This document shows positions 52,201 to 64,000 of a stretch of 64,000 nucleotides of DNA, piece by piece. The notes under the pieces were generated by a model, which ran no database searches, was not told the DNA's origin, and saw only the letters and a list, made by a program, of their open reading frames with translations. The stretch's first letter is position 1; each line of letters begins with the position of its first letter. The position numbers and the translations under genes were made by a program. The DNA is from Eledone cirrhosa (Eukaryota), in the NCBI GenBank assembly GCA_964016885.1, contig OZ024741.1, positions 257,734,001 through 257,798,000 on the forward strand, given 5' to 3'.

Positions 52201-55200
52201 CGACTTACGAGTGTTTTGACTTACAGGTGTTTCGGCTTACGAGTTATTCGACATACGAGTGTTTCGACTTACGGGTGTTTCGACTTACGGGTGTTTCGAC
52301 TTACGAGTGTTTCAACTTAGGAGTGTTCTGACTTACGAGTGTTCTGACTTACGAGTGTTCCGACTTACGAGTGTTTCGGTTTACGAGTGTTTCGACACAC
52401 GAGTGTTTTGACTTACGGGGGTTTCGACTTACGGGTGTTTCGACTTACGAGTGTTTCGGCTTACGAGTGTTTCGACTTACTAATGTTTTTACTTACGAGT
52501 GTTTCGGTGTACCAGTGTTTCGACTTAAGGATGTTTCGACTTACGAGTGTTTCGACTTACGAGTGTTTCGGCTTGCGTGAGTTTCGACTTAATGGTGTTT
52601 TGACTTACGGGTGTTGTGAATTACGAGTGTTCCGATTTACGAGTGTTTTGACTTACGGTGTTTCGGCTTACAATTGATTCGACTTATGAATGTTTTGACT
52701 TACGGGTGTTTCGGCTTGCGAGTGTTTCGACTTACGAGTGTTTCGGCTTATGAGTGTTTCGACTTACTAATGTTTTTACTTACGAGTGTTTCGGCGTACG
52801 AGTGTTTTGACTTACGAGTGTTTCGACTTACGAGTGTTTTGACTTACGGGTGTTTCGGCTTACGAGTGTTTCGACTTACGAGTGTTTCGGCTGGCGAGTG
52901 TTTCGACTTACGAGTGTTTTGACTTAAGGGTGTTTCGACTTACGAGTGTTTCGACTTACGAGTGTTTCGACTTACGAAAATAACAAATAGACGCGGTTTC
53001 AAATCTCTATGCTTTTCAAATTCATTACATTAATCTTTATTTATACGTTTCGCTTTACGAGTGTTTCGACTTACGAGTGTTTCGACATACGAGTGTTTCG
53101 ACTTACGAATGTTTTTGTTTACGGGTGTTTCGACTTACGAATGTTTTTGCTTACGAGTGTTTCGGTTTACGAGTGTTCCGACTTACGAGTGTTCCGACAT
53201 ACGAGTGTTACGGCTTACGAGTGTTTCCGGCTTACGAGTGTTTCGACTTACGAGTGTTTCGACTTACGAGTGTTTCGACTTACGGTGTTTCGGCTTACGA
53301 GTAATTAGACTTACGAGTGTTTTGACTTACGGGTGTTTTGACTTACGGGTGTTGTGAATTACGAGTGTTCCGATTTACGAGTGTTTTGACTTACGGTGTT
53401 TCGGCTTGCGAGTGATTCGACTTACGAATGTTTTGACTTACGGGTGTTTCGGCTTATGAGTGGTTCGACTTACTAATGATTTTACTTACGAGTGTTTCGG
53501 CGTACGAGTGTTTTGACTTACGAGTGTTTCGGCTTACGAGTGTTTCGACTTACGAGTGTTTCGGCTTGCGAGTGTTTCGACTTACTAATGTTTTTACTTA
53601 CGAGTGTTTCGGCGTACGAGTGTTTCGACTTACGAGTGTTTTGACTTATGGGTGTTTCGACTTACGAGTGTTTCGACTTACGAGTGTTTCGACTTAAGAG
53701 TGTTTCGGATTACGAGTGTTTTGACTTGAGGGTGTTTCGACTTACGAGTGTTTCGATACGAGTGTTTCGACTTACGAGTGTTCTGACTTACGAGTGTTCT
53801 GATTTACGGATGTTTCGACACACGAGTGTTTCGAATTACGAGTGTTTCGACTTACGAGTGTTTTGACTTACGGGTGTTTTGACATACGAGTGTTTCGATA
53901 CGAGTGTTTCGACTTACGAGTGTTCTGACTTACGAGTGTTCTGACTTACGAGTGTTCTAACTTACGAGTGTTCTTACTTACGAGTGTTCCGACTTACGAG
54001 TGTTCCGACTTACGAGTGTTTCGGCTTACCAGTGTTTTGATTTACGAGTGTTTTGACTTACGGGTGCTTCGACTTACGCGTGTTTCGACTTACGAGTGTT
54101 TTGACTTACGAGTGTTTCGACTTACGATTGTTTCGGCTTACGAGTGTTTTGACTTACGAGTGTTCTGACTACGAGTGTTCTGACTTACGAGTGTTCCGAC
54201 TTACGAGTGTTTCGGCTTATGAGTGTTTCGACTTACGAGTGCTTCGACTTACGAGTGTTTCGGCTTACGGGTGTTTCGACTTACGAATGTTTTTGCTTAC
54301 GAGTGTTTCGGCTTACGAGTGTTTAGGCTTATGAGTGTTTCGACTTACGAGTGTTTTGACTTACGGGTGTTTTGACATACGAGTGTTTCGATACGAGTGT
54401 TCTGACTTACGAGTGTTTCCGCTTACGAGTTTTTCGGCTTACGAGTGTTTCGACTTACTAATGTTTTTACTTACGAGTGTTTCGGTGTACGAGTGTTTCG
54501 ACGTAAGGATGTTTCGACTTACGGGTGTTTCGGCTTACGAGTGTTTATACTTACGAGTGTTTTGTCTTACGAGTGTTCTGACTTACGAGTGTTCTGACTT
54601 ATGAGTGTTCCGACTTACGAGTGTTCCGACTTACGAGTGTTTCGGCTTATGAGTGTTTCGACTTACGGGCGTTTCGACTTACGGGTGTTTCGACTTACGA
54701 GTGTTTTGACTTACGAGTGTTCTGACTTACGAGTGTTCTGACTTACGAGTGTTCCGACTTACGACTGTTTCGACTTACGAGTGTTTTGACTTACGAGTGT
54801 TCCGACTTACGAGTGTTTCGGCTTACGGGTGTTTCGACGTACGAGTATTTTTGGCTTACGAGTGTTTCGACTTACGAGTGTTTTGAATTACGATTGTTTC
54901 GGCTTACCAGTGTTTCGACTTACGAGTATTTCGACTTACGAGTGTTTTGACTTATGGGTGTTTGACATACGAGTGTTTCGATACGAATGCTCTGACTTAC
55001 GAGTGTTCTGACTTACGAGTGTTCTGACTTACGAGTGTTCTGACTTACGGGTGTTCTGACTTACGTGTGTTCCGACTTACGAGTGTTTCGGCTATGGGTG
55101 TTTCGACTTACGAGTGTTTCGACTTACGAATGTTTTGGCTTACGAGTGTTTCGGCTTACGAGTGTATCGACTTACGAATGTTTTGGCTTACGAGTGTTTC

Positions 55201-58200
55201 GGCTTACGGGTGTTTCGACTTACGAGTGTTTCGACTTACGAGTGTTTTGACTAACGGTGTTTCGGCTTACGAGTTATTCGACATACGAGTGTTTCGACTT
55301 ACGGGTGTTTCGACTTATGAGTGTTTCGACTTACGAGTGTTCTGACTTACGAGTGTGCTGACTTACGAGTGTTCCGACTTACGAGTGTTTAGGTTTACGA
55401 GTGTTTCGACACATGAGTGTTTTGACTTACGGGTGTTTCGACTTACGAGTGTTTCGGCTTACGAGTGTTTCGACTTACTAATGTTTTTACTTACGAGTGT
55501 TTCGGCGTACGAGAGTTTTGACTTACGAGTGTTTCGACTTACGAGTGTTTCGACTTACGAATGTTTTGACTTACGGGTGTTTCGGCTTACGAGTGTTTCG
55601 ACTTACGAGTGTTTCGGCTGGCGAGTGTTTCGACTTACGAGTGTTTTGACTTAAGGGTGTTTCGACTTACGAGTGTTTCGACTTACGAGTGTTTCGACTT
55701 ACGAGTGTTTCGGCTTACGAGTGTTTCGACTTACGAAAATAACAAATAGACGCGGTTTCAAATCTCTATGCTTTTCAAATTCATTACATTAATCTTTATT
55801 TATACGTTTCGCTTTACGAGTGTTTCGACTTACGAGTGTTTCGACATACGAGTGTTTCGACTTACGAATGTTTTTGCTTACGGGTGTTTCGACTTACGAA
55901 TGTTTTTGCTTACGAGTGTTTCGGTTTACGAGTGTTCCGACTTACGAGTGTTCCGACATACGAGTGTTTCGGCTTACGAATGTTTCCGGCTTACGAGTGT
56001 TTCGACTTACGAGTGTTTCGACTTACGAGTGTTTCGACTTACGGTGTTTCGGCTTACGAGTGATTAGACTTACGAGTGTTTTGACTTACAGGTGTTTTGA
56101 CTTACGGGTGTTGTGAATTACGAGTGTTCCGATTTACGAGTGTTTTGACTTACGGTGTTTCGGCTTACGAGTGATTCGACTTACGAATGTTTTGACTTAC
56201 GGGTGTTTCGGCTTATGAGTGGTTCGACTTACTAATGATTTTACTTACGAGTGTTTCGGCGTACGAGTGTTTTGACTTACGAGTGTTTCGGCTTACGAGT
56301 GTTTCGACTTACGATTGTTTCGGCTTGCGAGTGTTTCGACTTACTAATGTTTTTACTTACGAGTGTTTCGGCGTACGAGTGTTTCGACTTACGAGTGTTT
56401 TGACTTATGGGTGTTTGGACTTACGAGTGTTTCGACTTACGAGTGTTTCGACTTAAGAGTGTTTCGGATTACGAGTGTTTTGACTTGAGGGTGTTTCGAC
56501 TTACGAGTGTTTCGATACGAGTGTTTCGACTTACGAGTGTTCTGACTTACGAGTGTTCTGATTTACGGATGTTTCGTCACACGAGTGTTTCGAATTACGA
56601 GTGTTTCGACTTACGAGTGTTTTGACTTACGGGTGTTTTGACATACGAGTGTTTCGATACGAGTGTTTCGACTTACGAGTGTTCTGACTTACGAGTGTTC
56701 TGACCTACGAGTGTTCTGACTTACGGGTGTTCTGACTTACGTGTGTTCCGACTTACGAGTGTTTCGGCTATGGGTGTTTCGACTTACGAGTGTTTCGACT
56801 TACGAATGTTTTGGCTTACGAGTGTTTCGGCTTACGAGTGTTTCGACTTACGAAAGTTTTGGCTTACGAGTGTTTCGGCTTACGGGTGTTTCGACTAATG
56901 AGTGTTTCGACTTACGAGTGTTTTGACTTACGGGTGTTTCGGCTTACGAGTTATTCGACATACGAGTGTTTCGACTTACGGGTGTTTCGACTTACGAGTG
57001 TTTCATCTTAGGAGTGTTCTGACTTACGAGTGTTCTGACTTACGAGTGTTCCGACTTACGAGTGTTTCGGTTTACGAGTGTTTCGACACACGAGTGTTTT
57101 GACTTACGGGGGTTTCGACTTACGGGTGTTTCGACTTACGAGTGTTTCGGCTTACGAGTGTTTCGACTTACTAATGTTTTTACTTACGAGTGTTTCGGTG
57201 TACCAGTGTTTCGACTTAAGGATGTTTCGACTTACGAGTGTTTCGACTTACGAGTGTTTCGGCTTGCGTGAGTTTCGACTTAATGGTGTTTTGACTTACG
57301 GGTGTTGTGAATTACGAGTGTTCCGATTTACGAGTGTTTTGACTTACGGTGTTTCGGCTTACAAGTGATTCGACTTATGAATGTTTTGACTTACGGGTGT
57401 TTCGGCTTGCGAGTGTTTCGACTTACGAGTGTTTCGGCTTATGAGTGTTTCGACTTACTAATGTTTTTACTTACGAGTGTTTCGGCGTACGAGTGTTTTG
57501 ACTTACGAGTGTTTCGACTTACGAGTGTTTTGACTTACGGGTGTTTCGGCTTACGAGTGTTTCGACTTACGAGTGTTTCGGCTGGCGAGTGTTTCGACTT
57601 ACGAGTGTTTTGACTTAAGGGTGTTTCGACTTACGAGTGTTTCGACTTACGAGTGTTTCGACTTACGAAAATAACAAATAGACGCGGTTTCAAATCTCTA
57701 TGCTTTTCAAATTCATTACATTAATCTTTATTTATACGTTTCGCTTTACGAGTGTTTCGACTTACGAGTGTTTCGACATACGAGTGTTTCGACTTACGAA
57801 TGTTTTTGTTTACGGGTGTTTCGACTTACGAATGTTTTTGCTTACGAGTGTTTCGGTTTACGAGTGTTCCGACTTACGAGTGTTCCGACATACGAGTGTT
57901 TCGGCTTACGAGTGTTTCCGGCTTACGAGTGTTTCGACTTACGAGTGTTTCGACTTACGAGTGTTTCGACTTACGGTGTTTCGGCTTACGAGTAATTAGA
58001 CTTACGAGTGTTTTGACTTACGGGTGTTTTGACTTACGGGTGTTGTGAATTACGAGTGTTCCGATTTACGAGTGTTTTGACTTACGGTGTTTCGGCTTGC
58101 GAGTGATTCGACTTACGAATGTTTTGACTTACGGGTGTTTCGGCTTATGAGTGGTTCGACTTACTAATGATTTTACTTACGAGTGTTTCGGCGTACGAGT

Positions 58201-61200
58201 GTTTTGACTTACGAGTGTTTCGGCTTACGAGTGTTTCGACTTACGAGTGTTTCGGCTTGCGAGTGTTTCGACTTACTAATGTTTTTACTTACGAGTGTTT
58301 CGGCGTACGAGTGTTTCGACTTACGAGTGTTTTGACTTATGGGTGTTTCGACTTACGAGTGTTTCGACTTACGAGTGTTTCGACTTAAGAGTGTTTCGGA
58401 TTACGAGTGTTTTGACTTGAGGGTGTTTCGACTTACGAGTGTTTCGATACGAGTGTTTCGACTTACGAGTGTTCTGACTTACGAGTGTTCTGATTTACGG
58501 ATGTTTCGACACACGAGTGTTTCGAATTACGAGTGTTTCGACTTACGAGTGTTTTGACTTACGGGTGTTTTGACATACGAGTGTTTCGATACGAGTGTTT
58601 CGACTTACGAGTGTTCTGACTTACGAGTGTTCTGACTTACGAGTGTTCTAACTTACGAGTGTTCTTACTTACGAGTGTTCCGACTTACGAGTGTTCCGAC
58701 TTACGAGTGTTTCGGCTTACCAGTGTTTTGATTTACGAGTGTTTTGACTTACGGGTGCTTCGACTTACGCGTGTTTCGACTTACGAGTGTTTTGACTTAC
58801 GAGTGTTTCGACTTACGATTGTTTCGGCTTACGAGTGTTTTGACTTACGAGTGTTCTGACTACGAGTGTTCTGACTTACGGGTGTTCTGACTTACGAGTG
58901 TTCCGACTTACGAGTGTTTCGGCTTATGAGTGTTTCGACTTACGAGTGCTTCGACTTACGAGTGTTTCGGCTTACGGGTGTTTCGACTTACGAATGTTTT
59001 TGCTTACGAGTGTTTCGGCTTACGAGTGTTTAGGCTTATGAGTGTTTCGACTTACGAGTGTTTTGACTTACGGGTGTTTTGACATACGAGTGTTTCGATA
59101 CGAGTGTTCTGACTTACGAGTGTTTCCGCTTACGAGTTTTTCGGCTTACGAGTGTTTCGACTTACTAATGTTTTTACTTACGAGTGTTTCGGTGTACGAG
59201 TGTTTCGACGTAAGGATGTTTCGACTTACGGGTGTTTCGGCTTACGAGTGTTTCGACTTACGAGTGTTTTGACTTACGAGTGTTCTGACTTACGAGTGTT
59301 CTGACTTATGAGTGTTCCGACTTACGAGTGTTCCGACTTACGAGTGTTTCGGCTTATGAGTGTTTCGACTTACGGGCGTTTCGACTTACGGGTGTTTCGA
59401 CTTACGAGTGTTTTGACTTACGAGTGTTCTGACTTACGAGTGTTCTGACTTACGAGTGTTCCGACTTACGACTGTTTCGACTTACGAGTGTTTTGACTTA
59501 CGAGTGTTCCGACTTACGAGTGTTTCGGCTTACGGGTGTTTCGACGTACGAGTATTTTTGGCTTACGAGTGTTTCGACTTACGAGTGTTTTGAATTACGA
59601 TTGTTTCGGCTTACCAGTGTTTCGACTTACGAGTATTTCGACTTACGAGTGTTTTGACTTATGGGTGTTTGACATACGAGTGTTTCGATACGAATGCTCT
59701 GACTTACGAGTGTTCTGACTTACGAGTGTTCTGACTTACGAGTGTTCTGACTTACGGGTGTTCTGACTTACGTGTGTTCCGACTTACGAGTGTTTCGGCT
59801 ATGGGTGTTTCGACTTACGAGTGTTTCGACTTACGAATGTTTTGGCTTACGAGTGTTTCGGCTTACGAGTGTATCGACTTACGAATGTTTTGGCTTACGA
59901 GTGTTTCGGCTTACGGGTGTTTCGACTTACGAGTGTTTCGACTTACGAGTGTTTTGACTTACGGTGTTTCGGCTTACGAGTTATTCGACATACGAGTGTT
60001 TCGACTTACGGGTGTTTCGACTTACGGGTGTTTCGACTTATGAGTGTTTCGACTTACGAGTGTTCTGACTTACGAGTGTGCTGACTTACGAGTGTTCCGA
60101 CTTACGAGTGTTTAGGTTTACGAGTGTTTCGACACATGAGTGTTTTGACTTACGGGTGTTTCGACTTACGAGTGTTTCGGCTTACGAGTGTTTCGACTTA
60201 CTAATGTTTTTACTTACGAGTGTTTCGGCGTACGAGAGTTTTGACTTACGAGTGTTTCGACTTACGAGTGTTTCGACTTACGAGTGTTTCGACTTACGAG
60301 TGTTTTGACTTACGAGTGTTCTGACTTACGAGTGTTCTGACTTATGAGTGTTCCGACTTACGAGTGTTCCGACTTACGAGTGTTTCGGCTTATGAGTGTT
60401 TCGACTTACGGGCGTTTCGACTTACGGGTGTTTCGACTTACGAGTGTTTTGACTTACGAGTGTTCTGACTTACGAGTGTTTTGACTTACGAGTGTTCCGA
60501 CTTACGAGTGTTTCGGCTTACGGGTGTTTCGACGTACGAGTATTTTTGGCTTACGAGTGTTTCGACTTACGAGTGTTTTGAATTACGATTGTTTCGGCTT
60601 ACGAGTGTTTCGACTTACGAGTATTTCGACTTACGAGTGTTTTGACTTATGGGTGTTTGACATACGAGTGTTTCGATACGAATGCTCTGACTTACGAGTG
60701 TTCTGACTTACGAGTGTTCTGACTTACGAGTGTTCTGACTTACGGGTGTTCTGACTTACGTGTGTTCCGACTTACGAGTGTTTCGGCTATGGGTGTTTCG
60801 ACTTACGAGTGTTTCGACTTACGAATGTTTTGGCTTACGAGTGTTTCGGCTTACGAGTGTATCGACTTACGAATGTTTTGGCTTACGAGTGTTTCGGCTT
60901 ACGGGTGTTTCGACTTACGAGTGTTTCGACTTACGAGTGTTTTGACTTACGGTGTTTCGGCTTACGAGTTATTCGACATACGAGTGTTTCGACTTACGGG
61001 TGTTTCGACTTACGGGTGTTTCGACTTATGAGTGTTTCGACTTACGAGTGTTCTGACTTACGAGTGTGCTGACTTACGAGTGTTCCGACTTACGAGTGTT
61101 TAGGTTTACGAGTGTTTCGACACATGAGTGTTTTGACTTACGGGTGTTTCGACTTACGGGTGTTTCGACTTACGAGTGTTTCGGCTTACGAGTGTTTCGA

Positions 61201-64000
61201 CTTACTAATGTTTTTACTTACGAGTGTTTCGGCGTACGAGAGTTTTGACTTACGAGTGTTTCGACTTACGAGTGTTTCGACTTACGAGTGTTTCGGCTTA
61301 TGAGTGTTTCGACTTACGAGTGTTTCGGCTTACGAGTGTTTCACCTTATGGGTGTTTCGACTTACGAGTGTTTTTACTTATGGTGTTTCGGCTTCCGAGT
61401 GTTTCGACATACGAGTGTTTTGACTTACGGGTGTTTCGGCTTACGAGTGTTTCGACTTACGAGTGTTTCGGCTTACGAGTGTTTCGACTTACTAATGTTT
61501 TTACTTACGAGTGTTTCGGCGTACGAGAGTTTTGACTTACGAGTGTTTCGACTTACGAGTGTTTCGACTTACGAGTATTTTGACTTACGAATGTTTTGAC
61601 TTACGGGTGTTTCGGCTTACGAGTGTTTCGACTTACGAGTCTTTCGGCTTACGAGTGTTTCGACTTACCAATGTTTTGGCTTACGAGTGTTTCGGCTTAC
61701 GAGTGTTTCACCTTATGGGTGTTTCGACTTACGAGTGTTTTTACTTATGGTGTTTCGGCTTCCGAGTGTTTCGACATACGAGTGTTTCGACTTACGGGTG
61801 TTTCGACTTACGGGTGTTTCGACTTACGAGTGTTTCAACTTACGAGTGTTCTGACTTACGAGTGTTCTGACTTACGAGTGTTCCGACTTACGAGTGTTTC
61901 GGTTTACGAGTGTTTCGACACACGAGTGTTTTGACTTACGGGGGTTTCGACTTACGGGTGTTTCGACTTACGAGTGTTTCGGCTTACGAGTGTTTCGACT
62001 TACTAATGTTTTTACTTACGAGTGTTTCGGTGTACGAGTGTTTCGACTTAAGGATGTTTCGACTTACGAGTGTTTCGACTTACGAGTGTTTCGGCTTACG
62101 TGAGTTTCGACTTAATGGTGTTTTGACTTACGGGTGTTGTGAATTACGAGTGTTCCGATTTACGAGTGTTTTGACTTACGGTGTTTCGGCTTACAAATTA
62201 TTCGACTTACGAATGTTTTGACTTACGGGTGTTTCGGCGTACGAGTGTTTTGACTTACGAGTGTTTCGACTTACCAGTATTTTGACTTACGAATGTTTTG
62301 ACTTACGGGTGTTTCGGCTTACGAGTGTTTCGACTTACGAGTGTTTCGGCTGGCGAGTGTTTCGACTTACGAGTGTTTTGACTTAAGGGTGTTTCGACTT
62401 ACGAGTGTTTCGACTTACGAGTGTTTCGACTTACGAGTGTTTCGGCTTACGAGTGTTTTGATTTACGAGTGTTTTGACTTACGGGTGCTTCGACTTACGC
62501 GTGTTTCGACTTACGAGTGTTTCGACTTACGAGTGTTTCGACTTACGATTGTTTCGGCTTACGAGTGTTTTGACTTACGAGTGTTCTGACTACGAGTGTT
62601 CTGACTTACGGGTGTTCTGACTTACGAGTGTTCCGACTTACGAGTGTTTCGGCTTATGAGTGTTTCGACTTACGAGTGCTTCGACTTACGAGTGTTTCGG
62701 CTTACGGGTGTTTCGACTTACGAATGTTTTTGCTTACGAGTTTTTCGGCTTACGAGTGTTTAGGCTTATGAGTGTTTCGACTTACGAGTGTTTTGACTTA
62801 CGGGTGTTTTGACATACGAGTGTTTCGATACGAGTGTTCTGACTTACGAGTGTTTCCGCTTACGAGTGTTTCGGCTTACGAGTGTTTCGACTTACTAATG
62901 TTTTTACTTACGAGTGTTTCGGTGTACGAGTGTTTCGACTTAAGGATGTTTCGACTTACGGGTGTTTCGGCTTACGAGTGTTTCGACTTACGAGTGTTTT
63001 GACTTACGAGTGTTCTGACTTACGAGTGTTCTGACTTATGAGTGTTCCGACTTACGAGTGTTCCGACTTACGAGTGTTTCGGCTTATGAGTGTTTCGACT
63101 TACGGGCGTTTCGACTTACGGGTGTTTCGACTTACGAGTGTTTTGACTTACGAGTGTTCTGACTTACGAGTGTTCTGACTTACGAGTGTTCCGACTTACG
63201 ACTGTTTAGACTTACGAGTGTTTTGACTTACGAGTGTTCCTACTTACGAGTGTTTCGGCTTACGGGTGTTTCGACGTACGAGTATTTTTGGCTTATGAGT
63301 GTTTCGACTTACGAGTGTTTTGAATTACGAGTGTTCCGACTTACGAGTGTCTCGGCTTACGAGTGTTTCGGCTTACGAGTGTTTCGACTTACGAGTGTTT
63401 CGACTTACGAGTGTTCCGACTTACGGGTGTTTCGACTTACGAGTGTTTTGGCTTACGGTGTTTCGACTTACGAGTGTTTCGGCTTACGAGTGTTTTGACT
63501 TAAGGGTGTTTCGACTTCCGAGTGTTTCGATACGAGTGTTTCGACTTACGATTGTTCTGACTTACGAGCGTTCTGACTTACGAGTGTTCCGACTTACGAG
63601 TGTTTCGGCTTACGAGTGTTTCGAATTACGAGTGTTTCGACTTACGAGTGTTCCGACTTACGGGTGTTTCGACTTACGAGTGTTTTGGCTTACGGTGTTT
63701 CGGCTTACGAGTGTTTCGAGTTAAGAGTGTTTTGAATTACGCGTGTTTTGACATACGAGTGTTCTGACTTACGAGTGTTCTGACTTACGAGTGTTCTGAC
63801 TTACGAGTGTTCTGACTTACGAGTGTTCCGACTTTACGAGTGTTTCGGCTCACGAGTGTTTCGGCTTACGAGTGTTTCGACTTACGAGTGTTTTCGACAT
63901 ACGAGTGTTTCGACTTACGAATGTTTTTGCTTACGGGTGTTTCGACTTACGAATGTTTTTGCTTACGAGTGTTTCGGTTTACGAGTGTTCCGACTTACGA
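34276..64000. repeat. 16-bp satellite (consensus GACTTACGAGTGTTTC, ~1,800 monomers) with 14 interspersed ~78-bp spacers and higher-order duplications; runs off the window end
   Basis: Read directly; spacer aaataacaaatagacgcggtttcaaatctctatgcttttcaaattcattacattaatctttatttatacg recurs. Confidence 0.97.

Noticed and set aside
34308-63724. Numerous LRVFRLTSVSTYECFD ORFs
   Set aside because: They are translations of a stop-poor 16-bp repeat, open in all three frames and broken by TGA variants.
34276-64000. CRISPR-like array (reverse strand contains repeated GAAAC)
   Set aside because: Monomers abut directly with no unique spacers, the interspersed 78-mers are near-identical, there are no cas genes and the context is eukaryotic.
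34350-64000. Minus-strand monomer GTCGAAACACTCGTAA resembles a hammerhead 3' half (GAAAC...GUC)
   Set aside because: There is no CUGANGA core or stem I/II on that strand, and an 8-nt match is compatible with chance.

Overview
This is AT-rich, microsatellite-laden eukaryotic repeat DNA with no supportable host gene. The tRNA-derived SINE family and the repeat spectrum look cephalopod/octopus-like, which is an inference. Bases 1-34 kb are a nested set of decayed transposons: R4/Dong-like RLE LINEs in (ACAT)n and (AAT)n tracts, a Tx1/L1 LINE, an I/Jockey-group LINE, a CRE LINE, a Penelope-like GIY-YIG element, mariner, Helitron-like elements and SINEs. Bases 34.3-64 kb are a 16-bp satellite (GACTTACGAGTGTTTC) that begins behind a Helitron-like head. 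It is interrupted 14 times by a conserved ~78-bp spacer and shows kb-scale higher-order duplications. The main hidden signal is about 13 type I hammerhead ribozyme motifs from several families, on both strands, mostly in small fold-back or tandem elements within (AT)n. They include a 536-nt tandem retrozyme-like unit whose inverted copy starts at the predicted cleavage site, and a Penelope-linked family with a compensatory U3-A8 core. All structures were read by eye; none was computed or searched.
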